Shown: one piece after another, positions 18,558 through 27,516 of the stretch
Position numbering within the stretch: position 1 is the stretch's first letter
Layout of the letters: each line of letters starts with the position of its first letter
Source of the DNA: an archaeon
Lineage (GTDB): Archaea; Nanobdellota; Nanobdellia; Pacearchaeales; GW2011-AR1
Direction: 5' to 3'
Assembly: GCA_030636025.1 (NCBI GenBank)
Contig: DAOVXQ010000001.1
Location: 24,791-88,790, forward strand
DNA length: 64,000 nt
The notes under the pieces: generated by a model
What the model was told of the DNA's origin: nothing
The model's database searches: none
The model's input: the letters and a program-made list of their open reading frames with translations, nothing else
Program-made: the position numbers and the translations under genes

Positions 18558-19465
18558 TTTACATCTCTTATTTCTACAAGGGTTGTTCCTAATTCTTCTT
18601 TATTATTTGTTTTAACCTTTACATCGCAAGGATGACATTCCCCATATTTATTACAATGCCTAAAAATATCTTCTATTTGAAAAGAAGAGTTTAATAAGTT
18701 CCCCACAGGATTTTCACTCAATAATAAATCTCTTTGACATTTATAAACCTCCCCACAAGGATTAATCAAAAGATTTGAAGTTTTGCACATACACTCTAAA
18801 TTTTTTTCACTAGAAACAGCTTCAGGATATCTAGAAGAATTTCCATGAGTTATTGCAAATTCTCTATCCAGATTGTCTTTTCCTCCATAAACACCAATAA
18901 ATGATTTTGGCCTAAAACTAATCTCTTCTTTTTTACATCTTAGTGCCATCCTTTCTAAAGATTCTAATTGAGCAGGGGAAGGATACATTATACATTCTAT
19001 TCCTATATCAAAACCTGCTTTTTTTAGTTTACTTGTATTTTCTACTAATTTTTCTCCTTCACCCATTTGTTCTGGGTGATAACTAACTCTAATTGATGGA
19101 AAAGGCGAATGATTATTTATTCTTTCTGGAGAAACTTTTTCAATAAAATTATTAATTTTAACTTTATTCCACCAAAGATTTGTAACAATGTCGATTCCCA
19201 ATTCTGGTTTAATGTTATTGATTATATAGATAAAATCTTTATGTAATGATGGCTCTCCTCCAACTAAAGACATAGGGATTTCTTTTGGAGCTTCAATTCT
19301 ATTTATTGCTCTCACCCATTGTTCTCCAGAAATTTCATTGAATTTATCTCTGTAAAAATTATTACTTGACGCCTTATTAACACAAAAACTGCAATTAAGA
19401 TTGCACCGAAAAGTAAGAAATGCAGACATATAATTATATGATTTGGGCAATGTGATTTTTCCCAT
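18554..19465 (-). CDS. Radical SAM enzyme with a C-terminal SPASM/twitch-like Cys-rich domain
   Basis: FRCNLNCSFC (CxxxCxxC) near the N-terminus. The C-terminus reads NPCGEVYKC...GNLLNSSFQIEDIF..C....C.PC. Confidence 0.6.
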   Translation of the reverse strand: MGKITLPKSYNYMSAFLTFRCNLNCSFCVNKASSNNFYRDKFNEISGEQWVRAINRIEAPKEIPMSLVGGEPSLHKDFIYIINNIKPELGIDIVTNLWWNKVKINNFIEKVSPERINNHSPFPSIRVSYHPEQMGEGEKLVENTSKLKKAGFDIGIECIMYPSPAQLESLERMALRCKKEEISFRPKSFIGVYGGKDNLDREFAITHGNSSRYPEAVSSEKNLECMCKTSNLLINPCGEVYKCQRDLLLSENPVGNLLNSSFQIEDIFRHCNKYGECHPCDVKVKTNNKEELGTTLVEIRDVK

Positions 19466-19466
19466 T

Positions 19467-20522
19467 TTAAGTAAAATTATCGTGAGGCAAAGGATATTTT
19501 ATTCTATGAAGATATCTATTTCCGGCATCACACCTGCATCCAGCCCTACAATTTTCAACCCCCTTTTCTCTTAATTTTTGTAATACTTCTTTTCTTTTAT
19601 CTCCTTCCCAAATTTCATTAAAAGAATTTTCATAAAGGTTTCCATAGGCAAATTCTGTATTTTCATAGAATAAATTACAAGGGAGAACATTTCCTTTTGA
19701 ATCAATCAAACTTATAAAGGGTAGACCATAGCATTCTGGGTAAGTAGTTTCTTCTTGTATTCTTTCCATAGTTGCTTCTCTAAATAAAACTTTAAAATCA
19801 TTATTTGAATACTTAGTCACAAGAGGTTTTAATTTATTATAGTCATCAGGATTAACAATCAAATCATTTTTACTTAATGGATGGTGAGAATAAGGTTTTA
19901 TAACTAAATAATCTGGTTTTATTTTACTTAATTTTCTTGTTAATTCTTCTGCAGTGTCTAAACTCTGAGGGATAACAAGAAATTGAGTCCCAATTGTAGC
20001 TTCTAATCCTTTTTCTTTTTTTAAATTAACAGATTCTTTTATATTATTCATTAATTTATCAAAATCTTGTTTTTTTGTTCCATGAGATTTAGAATAAACT
20101 TCTGAGTTTCCTGCATCTACACTAAATTTAACCCAAGAAAGATATGGAAGAATTTTTTCTCTTTTATCTTTATTAAAAAAAACTCCATTACTTGTTAAAG
20201 CTACATCCATTCCATATTCTTTTGACTTTTGAATAAATGTGGTTATGTCTTTATGTAGTAAGGGTTCTCCTTCCCCTCCAAACATAACAGACCTAATTTC
20301 ATGTTTTGCCATATCTTCCAGGGCATTTAACATTACATTAGAATCGATATCTGTTTTATGTTCAACCCAGTCTAATGCACAGAAAACACATTTTTGATTG
20401 CATCTGGCGGTTGCTCCAATCTCAATAGTTATCGGATAACAATCTCCAGTTTTATCCCATTGATTTACTTTATCTGGATGAAGATAAATTTTATGTCCAT
20501 CAATATCAGTTTTTGCCTTCAT
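19467..20522 (-). CDS. Radical SAM/SPASM-domain enzyme, paralog of the 22252-23376 gene
   Basis: ARCNQKCVFC. The C-terminus has PCNLF...GNLYENSFNEIWEG...C..GC.C, a SPASM-type motif. Confidence 0.6.
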   Translation of the reverse strand: MKAKTDIDGHKIYLHPDKVNQWDKTGDCYPITIEIGATARCNQKCVFCALDWVEHKTDIDSNVMLNALEDMAKHEIRSVMFGGEGEPLLHKDITTFIQKSKEYGMDVALTSNGVFFNKDKREKILPYLSWVKFSVDAGNSEVYSKSHGTKKQDFDKLMNNIKESVNLKKEKGLEATIGTQFLVIPQSLDTAEELTRKLSKIKPDYLVIKPYSHHPLSKNDLIVNPDDYNKLKPLVTKYSNNDFKVLFREATMERIQEETTYPECYGLPFISLIDSKGNVLPCNLFYENTEFAYGNLYENSFNEIWEGDKRKEVLQKLREKGVENCRAGCRCDAGNRYLHRIKYPLPHDNFT

Positions 20523-20620
20523 TTTTAATTAGTTTATAATAAATTTTTCTAACTTACCTTTTTTTATATAAGCACCATAAGCAAATGATTTAAAAAGATT
20601 ATGAAATTAAGATACATGTT

Positions 20621-21124
20621 TTAAGAAAAAATTTTTTCCTTATTGTAATTTATAAACTCTTTAACAAAATCACTTAAATTTATGTTTCTTAATTCATCTA
20701 ATCTAAAATAGCCTGCTTTTTGGCCCTCTGTTATTTTTTTATTTATATGATCTATATTCTCAAGTATCCTGCCTTTGAAAAATTGGATTTCTTCCAAAGG
20801 ACCTTTAATTCTTTTTAATTCATATGGGCCATTTATCCAGTAGTTAGCTATCCTCAAATTTCTTATTTCAACAAATCCTTTTCCTATCTGTTTTATAGAT
20901 TTAATTAGACAGCCAGGCAATTCTTCATCCAGTTCCCTTTCAATTCCTGCAAAAATATTTTCTCCTTTTTCTATGCCCCCTCCAAATAAATCCCAAGTCC
21001 CAGGTTCAATTACTTTAGGTTTATTGTCTCTTAATTGAAGTAGAAATTGGTTTTTGTTATTTAGTAATATTATTTTAGCTACATTTTTCATTTTACTCTT
21101 TGTCATATAAATCTCTCCTTTCAA
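20621..21124 (-). CDS. NUDIX hydrolase
   Basis: GGGIEKGENIFAGIERELDEELPG Nudix box. Confidence 0.6.
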   Translation of the reverse strand: MKGEIYMTKSKMKNVAKIILLNNKNQFLLQLRDNKPKVIEPGTWDLFGGGIEKGENIFAGIERELDEELPGCLIKSIKQIGKGFVEIRNLRIANYWINGPYELKRIKGPLEEIQFFKGRILENIDHINKKITEGQKAGYFRLDELRNINLSDFVKEFINYNKEKIFS

Positions 21125-21617
21125 TAATCATACAAGGTTCTTTAAATTTTTTTGCATACTCATAGGAATGTTTTAATTCATAAGTATTTTTAGGATCATA
21201 AACTGGAAAATTAAATCTTGCTTTAAAAAAATCTGAAAAATCTTGTGAATGTTGTGGTCCGGGATTAATTGGATTCATTGAGCCTATTACTGCCCTTATT
21301 ATCATTGGGGCATTATATTGTTGATTTGATAAAATAGGCAATTTATCTAAATAATTAACTAAGGAATCTAAAGCATTTAACATAAAATCATGCCTCTCAA
21401 AAATTAAAACAGGTTTAAATCCTTCTATAGCCATCCCAGTTGCTAAACCTGTCATTAAATTTTCTGCCACAGGGGATTCTAAAATTTTTGATTTTGGAAT
21501 ATCTTTTAATGAACCATATCCTTTTGAACCATGTTTTAGATTATATCCAATAAAAATTGCTTTTTCGTCCTTAGCTATTTCTTCCATCGAATTTTTTATA
21601 ATATCTTTATATTTCAT
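21093..21617 (-). CDS. Truncated E1-beta-like TPP-enzyme subunit, paralog of 10581-11138
   Basis: ESPVAENLMTGLATGMAIEGFKPVL. 174 aa. Confidence 0.55.
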   Translation of the reverse strand: MKYKDIIKNSMEEIAKDEKAIFIGYNLKHGSKGYGSLKDIPKSKILESPVAENLMTGLATGMAIEGFKPVLIFERHDFMLNALDSLVNYLDKLPILSNQQYNAPMIIRAVIGSMNPINPGPQHSQDFSDFFKARFNFPVYDPKNTYELKHSYEYAKKFKEPCMIIERRDLYDKE

Positions 21618-22241
21618 TTACATTGTACTCCCTATTTTACCTTTTGAAAAATTAACAAATTTATCTGTTCCTGCATGAAGTGTTGTTGGATTATAGTGGT
21701 ATCTTCTTACACAAGATGGCCAATTTATCTGACAAGTTCCATATCTTTCAATTTTAGTGGTTTCAACAGACCTATCATTATCCTCAATAATAAATGTGCA
21801 GGGAAGATTATGTCCTTCAACATATCTTACTGCTTCATAAAAATGCCCCTCATCCTCTGCACCATCTCCTACAAAACACCAAACTTTACTTTCACTTTTC
21901 TTTCTTTTTAATGCCCAAGCAATTCCTGTTGCAACTGCAGGAGTTCCAGCAACAATTGCAGAAGAAAGAAAGTTTATGGCTTTATTATGGGGATGCATAC
22001 TTTCTCCTTTTAATATCTTTTCTTCTAATTCTTTTGGAGACCCTCCTTTTAATAAATAATGATAATGTGAACGATGTGTAGAAAAAACATAATCTTCTGG
22101 TTGAATTTCTTTAAATATTTCTATTAATTGATTTTCATTACCTCCAGAAAGGTGAATATAATAAGGTATTTTTGCATCTTCCCATAATGTTTTTATATGT
22201 TTTTCAAAATCGATTAATTCTTGTTTAGTGACGTGTTCCAT
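21618..22241 (-). CDS. Truncated E1-alpha-like TPP-binding subunit, paralog of 11140-11748
   Basis: HLSGGNENQLIEIF, ESMHPH (compare GGSMH), CFVGDGAEDEGHFYEA...IIEDNDRS. Confidence 0.6.
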   Translation of the reverse strand: MEHVTKQELIDFEKHIKTLWEDAKIPYYIHLSGGNENQLIEIFKEIQPEDYVFSTHRSHYHYLLKGGSPKELEEKILKGESMHPHNKAINFLSSAIVAGTPAVATGIAWALKRKKSESKVWCFVGDGAEDEGHFYEAVRYVEGHNLPCTFIIEDNDRSVETTKIERYGTCQINWPSCVRRYHYNPTTLHAGTDKFVNFSKGKIGSTM

Positions 22242-22251
22242 TTTTATATTT

Positions 22252-23376
22252 TTAGATAAAATTAATGTGTTGAGGGGGTTTGCCCTCAGGTTTTGTTATG
22301 TTTAAATTATTTTCTTTTATGTCCCAAAGATATTCATTAACTTTATGTTGAAGGCAAAGGGTTCCACACATTTTTTTTGCATCAAATTTAGATGAAGAAA
22401 TTAAATCCATAACTTTATCATATCTTTTACTTTGCCAAATATCTTTAAAAGAATTTTCAGCGATATTTCCAATGTGATATTTTTTATATTTATCATTAAA
22501 TAACATCCCACAAGGAGCAACTAATCCAGAACCAGACATTTGCAATATAAATCGAGGACCATAGCATTTAGAATATTTTCTTTCCCCTCCACTCATTATT
22601 TTAGACCATTTTGCTTTAACAAGATAATCTTTTGTAGAATTAGATTCTGCTACCTGTAATATCTCCTTAAGTTCATAATATTTATTATAATCAATACCCA
22701 AGGTCCCATCTTCATCATCGCTACAATGTTTAATAACTAAATAATCTACTTTTAACTCTTTTCCTAAATTAACAAGAGGGATTATTTGATCTTTAAATTC
22801 TGGCATTAGGACCATTTGTAATCCTATTGTTGTCTCTAATTTTTTCTCTTTTTTTAATTTTGTAGTTTCTTTTACAATGTTTTTAAATTTATAAAAATCA
22901 TTTTCCCTACAACCATGAATTTCTTTATATCTTTGTGGCTCCCCGGCAGAAACATTAAACCTTAAATAAGTAAGTGCAGGAAGAATCTCCTCTAATTTTT
23001 CTTTTTTTAAAAGAACCCCATTTGTTCCTAATGCCATATCAAGCCCATTTTTTTTACCATGAATTATTGCATCATAAAGATAAGGAGAACAAGTACTTTC
23101 ACCATCACTAACAAAACTTATTGCTTTTACACCAATCTCTGCAACATCATCTAAAAATCTAAAAATTACATCCCTAGTCATTCTTTTTTCATCATTTGCC
23201 TGTAATTGCCCATAACAATAAACACATTTATAATTGCATTTTCGGGTTAATGCACAATCAATTGTTATTGGGGCTATTTTTTCTCCTTTTAACCAAGCAT
23301 TAACCCTATCTGAATGCCAGGCTAATTTTTGCCCATCTAATATTAATCCTTTTTCTTGTTCAAATTTATTTTCCAT
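22252..23376 (-). CDS. Radical SAM/SPASM-domain enzyme
   Basis: TRKCNYKCVYC. The C-terminus has PCGMLF...GNIAENSFKDIW...C..LC. Confidence 0.6.
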   Translation of the reverse strand: MENKFEQEKGLILDGQKLAWHSDRVNAWLKGEKIAPITIDCALTRKCNYKCVYCYGQLQANDEKRMTRDVIFRFLDDVAEIGVKAISFVSDGESTCSPYLYDAIIHGKKNGLDMALGTNGVLLKKEKLEEILPALTYLRFNVSAGEPQRYKEIHGCRENDFYKFKNIVKETTKLKKEKKLETTIGLQMVLMPEFKDQIIPLVNLGKELKVDYLVIKHCSDDEDGTLGIDYNKYYELKEILQVAESNSTKDYLVKAKWSKIMSGGERKYSKCYGPRFILQMSGSGLVAPCGMLFNDKYKKYHIGNIAENSFKDIWQSKRYDKVMDLISSSKFDAKKMCGTLCLQHKVNEYLWDIKENNLNITKPEGKPPQHINFI

Positions 23377-23415
23377 AGATTTTCCTATTCATTTTTATTT
23401 TTAAAGATTATTGAG

Positions 23416-24393
23416 TTATATTAGGGGCTTTTCAATATATTCAAGTAATTTATTGTGAACATCATTAATACTTATTTGATTTATACAATCTCCCTCATTT
23501 TCACAAAACTCTTTAAAACAAGGGGCGCAAGAAGGATAGGGGTTTGGTAAAAGTGCCTGCCCCCTACCATAAAATTCAATCTCTAAATGAGGGGTGGGTC
23601 CAAATAAACCTAACGTTCTTTTTTTTAATGCAATTCCTAGATGTAATCCTAAACTATCATTACTAATAATTACATTACATGAATTAATCCAATCAATATA
23701 TTTTTCAAGGTTTTTTAAAACTTCTTTTGATTGTTTATTCTGCCTGGTTACCTTAAACCCTTCTTTTTTTAGTCTAATTTCTAATTTATCCCAGTTTTGA
23801 TTAGACCATGCTTTAGTTGGCCATTTTTGTCCAACCAATACATTAAGGCCTATATCATATTTTTCATTTGTTTTCGGAGAATATCCTAAAATATATTCCT
23901 CATCCTTCCAGGTCTGCCCCACCATTTCAAATAATAATTTTTGAGTTGTTTTTTTATTTATTTTTTTAGCATCTGGGTTTGAACTAACTGCAAGAACTTC
24001 TGAGGCCCGATCATATGCTTCAGCCATATTAGTTTTTTTATCAAATCTAAACCCATATTTTTTCCATGCATCAATCTTGCCAGAGAATTTACAAATATCA
24101 GGATTTTTTTCAAGATTTATAAGAGTATCAAAAGATTCTTCTAATAACTGCATTGCATATGTAAAATCAAGAGGAATCAATCTGTCAATGTGGGGATTTC
24201 TTTTAAGTAATGGCATTGCCTCCAAATCTGTAATCCATGTAACTTCCTCATTTTTATATAGATGTAACAACGGGGTTGTTCTTAGAACATCCCCTAAGCT
24301 TACTCTTCTTACTTCAGTTTTATTATCTAAAAATTCAGAATACCCTGTTTTAATTATCAACACCTTATGCCTTAACATTAATATAATTTTCAA
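23416..24393 (-). CDS. GT9-family (heptosyltransferase-like) glycosyltransferase
   Basis: KVLIIKTGYSEFLD...SLGDVLRTTPLL matches the GT9 N-terminal motif (LGDV...TP). Confidence 0.5.
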   Translation of the reverse strand: MKIILMLRHKVLIIKTGYSEFLDNKTEVRRVSLGDVLRTTPLLHLYKNEEVTWITDLEAMPLLKRNPHIDRLIPLDFTYAMQLLEESFDTLINLEKNPDICKFSGKIDAWKKYGFRFDKKTNMAEAYDRASEVLAVSSNPDAKKINKKTTQKLLFEMVGQTWKDEEYILGYSPKTNEKYDIGLNVLVGQKWPTKAWSNQNWDKLEIRLKKEGFKVTRQNKQSKEVLKNLEKYIDWINSCNVIISNDSLGLHLGIALKKRTLGLFGPTPHLEIEFYGRGQALLPNPYPSCAPCFKEFCENEGDCINQISINDVHNKLLEYIEKPLI

Positions 24394-24479
24394 TTTTACT
24401 TTATAAAAATTATGTATTTCTCATAACTATTATATTTTACATTAGATAAGATTTTAAATGATAAAATATCCTTAAACCC

Positions 24480-25022
24480 ATGAAAAAGAATCCAATTAAA
24501 CTTAATCTCGGGGGCGGAAAAAAAAAGATTCCAGGATTTCTTAATGTAGATTTGGTCAAAACATCTAAAACAGATGTAGTTCATGATTTGAATATTTTTC
24601 CATGGCCATTTAAAGATAACTCTGTAGATGCAATAGTTATGAATAATATTTTAGAACACTTGAAAGATATAACCTCTGTGATGAAAGAATTATGGAGAAT
24701 TTCTAAAAATAAAACAAAAATAAAAATTAATGTGCCCCATTTTGCAAGTTTAGGTGCTTATGTGGACCCAACACATTACCATTTTTTTACATATTATTCT
24801 TTTGAAGTTTATACTAACGAAAGCTGTAAAAAAAGTTTTGATATTTTTGATTATTATACAGATAAAGAAAAATTTAAGATTTTAAAAAGAAAAATCACTT
24901 ACCCAAAAGGGCTAATTTTATTTGAATGGATAGCAAATAAATATCCCAAATTACATGAAACTTTATTAAGAAAATTTTTACCAGTTAGAAATCTAGAATT
25001 TGATTTGGAGGTAGAAAAATGA
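24480..25022 (+). CDS. Class I SAM-dependent methyltransferase (Methyltransf_11-like)
   Basis: LNLGGGKKKIPGFLNVD...VDAIVMNNILEHL. Confidence 0.6.
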   Translation: MKKNPIKLNLGGGKKKIPGFLNVDLVKTSKTDVVHDLNIFPWPFKDNSVDAIVMNNILEHLKDITSVMKELWRISKNKTKIKINVPHFASLGAYVDPTHYHFFTYYSFEVYTNESCKKSFDIFDYYTDKEKFKILKRKITYPKGLILFEWIANKYPKLHETLLRKFLPVRNLEFDLEVEK

Positions 25023-25073
25023 AAATTAAAAATAATTTTCAGTTATTTATCTTAAGAGGCAAAACTTCATAAA

Positions 25074-26165
25074 ATGAAAAAGAAAATTTTAATATTATCA
25101 AATTATTCTGCAGGGATTTGTGGGGTGTGGCAAAGGGCAAAAGTAGAGGCAGCAGAATTTAAAAAAAGAGGATATGAAGTTTATATTTTTTCTAGTAATG
25201 CTATAAAGGGCAACAATAAATTAGCCAAACCAGTAGATTTTTATGAAGGAGTTAAAATAAAAAGATTTCCATTTAAGATGCTTGGAGGAGAAAGTTATAT
25301 GAAATGGAATTTTGAAAAACAAGCAATAAAATTAAAGCCAGATATAATTCTCGCGCATAATTATAGGCATATTCATACAAAAAAAGCTCTTAAGGTAGCT
25401 AAAAAAATAAATGCCAAATGTTTTTTGATAACTCATGCCCCATTTGTGAAAAATAGGTCCTTTCTTCCAAAGATAATTATTAAATTAAAAGATTTTTTTA
25501 ATAATTTAAATAAATTTGATAAAGTGGTTACAATTAGTAAATGGGAAATCCCGATTTTATTAAAATTAGGGTGTAAAAAAAGCAAAATAGTTCACATTCC
25601 TAATTCAATTCCAAATGAATTTTTCACTCAAAAAAAAGCAAAACAGCAAAAAAAGATTTTATATCTTGGACGAATTCATCCAAGAAAAGATTTAGCAACC
25701 TTAATGAAGGGATTTAAAAATTCTAATCTGGAAAAAGATTATGAATTAGAGATAGTTGGATTAAAAGAAGAAAATTATTATAAACAGCTTCTTAACCTTA
25801 AAAATAATTTAAATTTAAATGTAACATTTACAGAGCCAATTTTTGATTTAAGAGAAAAAATCAAAAAATTTGATTCTGCAGAAATTATGGTTTTACCTTC
25901 AAGATTTGAACCATTTGGAATAGTTTTTTTAGAATCAATGGCAAGAGGGAAAATAACTATTGCATCAAACACGCAAGGAGCAAAAGAATTAATTCAAAAT
26001 GAAAAAGAGGGTTTTATTTTTGAGGTAGGAGATTATATTAAATTAAGAGAAATTTTAAATAATGTGGCAGGCAAAAAATTAGATACCATTAAAAAACAGG
26101 CAATAATTTCTACAAAGAAATTTCATGTTTCTAATATTATTAATAAATGGGAAGAATTATTTTAA
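25074..26165 (+). CDS. GT4-family glycosyltransferase
   Basis: LPSRFEPFGIVFLESMARGK...KEGFIF is the canonical GT4 E-x7-E region. Confidence 0.7.
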   Translation: MKKKILILSNYSAGICGVWQRAKVEAAEFKKRGYEVYIFSSNAIKGNNKLAKPVDFYEGVKIKRFPFKMLGGESYMKWNFEKQAIKLKPDIILAHNYRHIHTKKALKVAKKINAKCFLITHAPFVKNRSFLPKIIIKLKDFFNNLNKFDKVVTISKWEIPILLKLGCKKSKIVHIPNSIPNEFFTQKKAKQQKKILYLGRIHPRKDLATLMKGFKNSNLEKDYELEIVGLKEENYYKQLLNLKNNLNLNVTFTEPIFDLREKIKKFDSAEIMVLPSRFEPFGIVFLESMARGKITIASNTQGAKELIQNEKEGFIFEVGDYIKLREILNNVAGKKLDTIKKQAIISTKKFHVSNIINKWEELF

Positions 26166-26166
26166 A

Positions 26167-27024
26167 CTATGATTTTTTTAAGGTTAGGAAAATGCTTTCT
26201 CCAGGAATAATTTTGCCAAATAAGATTATATCTAAATAAGAAATAAAACTCAAGATTCCAAAAAAAAGTTGAAATAAAAATTTCGGTTTTTTAATTCTTT
26301 TTAATTTATCTTTTATTACCTGCCCTTCCCTCGTAGCCTTTTTTCCGGAAATTTTATCTATTATTTTAGATGATTCATCTTTCATAAAATCAGTTAACTG
26401 CTGGAATATCACACTGTAATGATAATAATTTTCAATTTCTAATCCATTATTTTTTATTAATTTTTTCATTGCACTAAATTTTAATCTGTTCAAATGACCT
26501 TCTTTAGCCTCTAATTCCATAAGATTTTTATTTTCTTTTTGCATTTTTCCAAAAATTCTGTTTATGCTTAAACGCACACCCTGCCCATATTGGGATGTGA
26601 AAATTATTATTCTCCCATCTTTTTTTAAAACTCTTTTAAGTTCACTAAGTAATTTATTTAAGTCCTCTGGGGATATATGCTCAAAAACATCAGCAAGAAG
26701 AATGCAATCTACAGAATCTGAGTTTAAGGGAATTTCAGTTACAGAACCTTGCTTTTTGATTATTTCCTTTTCAGGAATTCTTTTTAATGCCTCATTTGAG
26801 ATATCTAAAACAATAACTTTTTTAAAATTCTTTAAAAAATAAAAAGCCCAGTTACCAACTCCCCCTCCAGCATCAAGAAAAACTTCTTTGTTTTTTACTT
26901 TTGAAGCTTCTTTTTTAAATATTTTTAATTTTACATAATTACTAAACCACTTATATTCAGAACGATTAATTGTCCAAAAATCTTCCTTATACTTGCCATC
27001 ATTGTATTTTTTATAATCAAACAT
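26167..27024 (-). CDS. Class I SAM-dependent methyltransferase
   Basis: VFLDAGGGVGNW...VLDIS...ILLADVFEHI...DGRIIIF. Confidence 0.6.
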   Translation of the reverse strand: MFDYKKYNDGKYKEDFWTINRSEYKWFSNYVKLKIFKKEASKVKNKEVFLDAGGGVGNWAFYFLKNFKKVIVLDISNEALKRIPEKEIIKKQGSVTEIPLNSDSVDCILLADVFEHISPEDLNKLLSELKRVLKKDGRIIIFTSQYGQGVRLSINRIFGKMQKENKNLMELEAKEGHLNRLKFSAMKKLIKNNGLEIENYYHYSVIFQQLTDFMKDESSKIIDKISGKKATREGQVIKDKLKRIKKPKFLFQLFFGILSFISYLDIILFGKIIPGESIFLTLKKS

Positions 27025-27072
27025 CTTTTTTATTATAAAATAGATTTTATAAATTTTGTTATTAAAAACAAA

Positions 27073-27498
27073 TTATTCTGAGGCATGATTAACCTTAACA
27101 TCTAAATATCCAATTCCAATCGCCCGAACAATATCACTTTTTATCCCAACCCTTTTACCATTAAGTTCCCTTATAGAAATAGCTCTTTTTCCAACATCTT
27201 CTAAACTTAAATTTTCTAGTTGTCCTTTTCTAATATCCGATTCTAAATCCCAAATTTTTCCATTTATTTCATATAAATCATTATGCCATTTTAATGTTTG
27301 TTCTTCTGAACAAATTTGTTGCCCAATATAAACACCTATTTCTTGACTATAATCCATTATTTCCCTAGAAAGGCGATGCTTTGTATCTAAATCTGGAATC
27401 CGTTCTACTTTTAATTGAATAATAGAACGCTTATCAAGCAATTCATCTAATGGATATCTCATTTTTATATAGGACACCTTAATTATATTTAAAAGCAT
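27073..27498 (-). CDS. Hypothetical protein
   Basis: 141-aa ORF with no recognised motif. Called only because it is a long ORF in a gene-dense context. Confidence 0.3.
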   Translation of the reverse strand: MLLNIIKVSYIKMRYPLDELLDKRSIIQLKVERIPDLDTKHRLSREIMDYSQEIGVYIGQQICSEEQTLKWHNDLYEINGKIWDLESDIRKGQLENLSLEDVGKRAISIRELNGKRVGIKSDIVRAIGIGYLDVKVNHASE

Positions 27499-27516
27499 TA
27501 TGAAGGTTAGATATTA

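Noticed and set aside
22252-23376. A viperin-like (pVip) antiviral radical SAM enzyme; the N-terminal TRKCNYKCVYC resembles viperin RQCNYKCGFC.
   Set aside because: The protein has a C-terminal SPASM/twitch-like Cys cluster, which viperins lack. It has two paralogs in the same sugar operon and no adjacent nucleotide kinase. The CNYxCxYC motif is generic to many radical SAM enzymes.
18554-23376. The radical SAM/SPASM proteins as anaerobic sulfatase-maturating enzymes serving the sulfatase-like gene at 6151.
   Set aside because: The sulfatase-fold protein lacks the C/S-x-P-x-R formylglycine target motif, so there is no substrate for an anSME in the window.
8189-24525. Poly-A tracts (A9-A10 at 8189-8198, 24517-24525 and others) as phase-variation sites.
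   Set aside because: Long A/T runs are expected everywhere in a ~30% GC genome and mostly encode Lys runs, so they carry no special signal. Only the rarer G/C 7-8-mers were kept as a finding.
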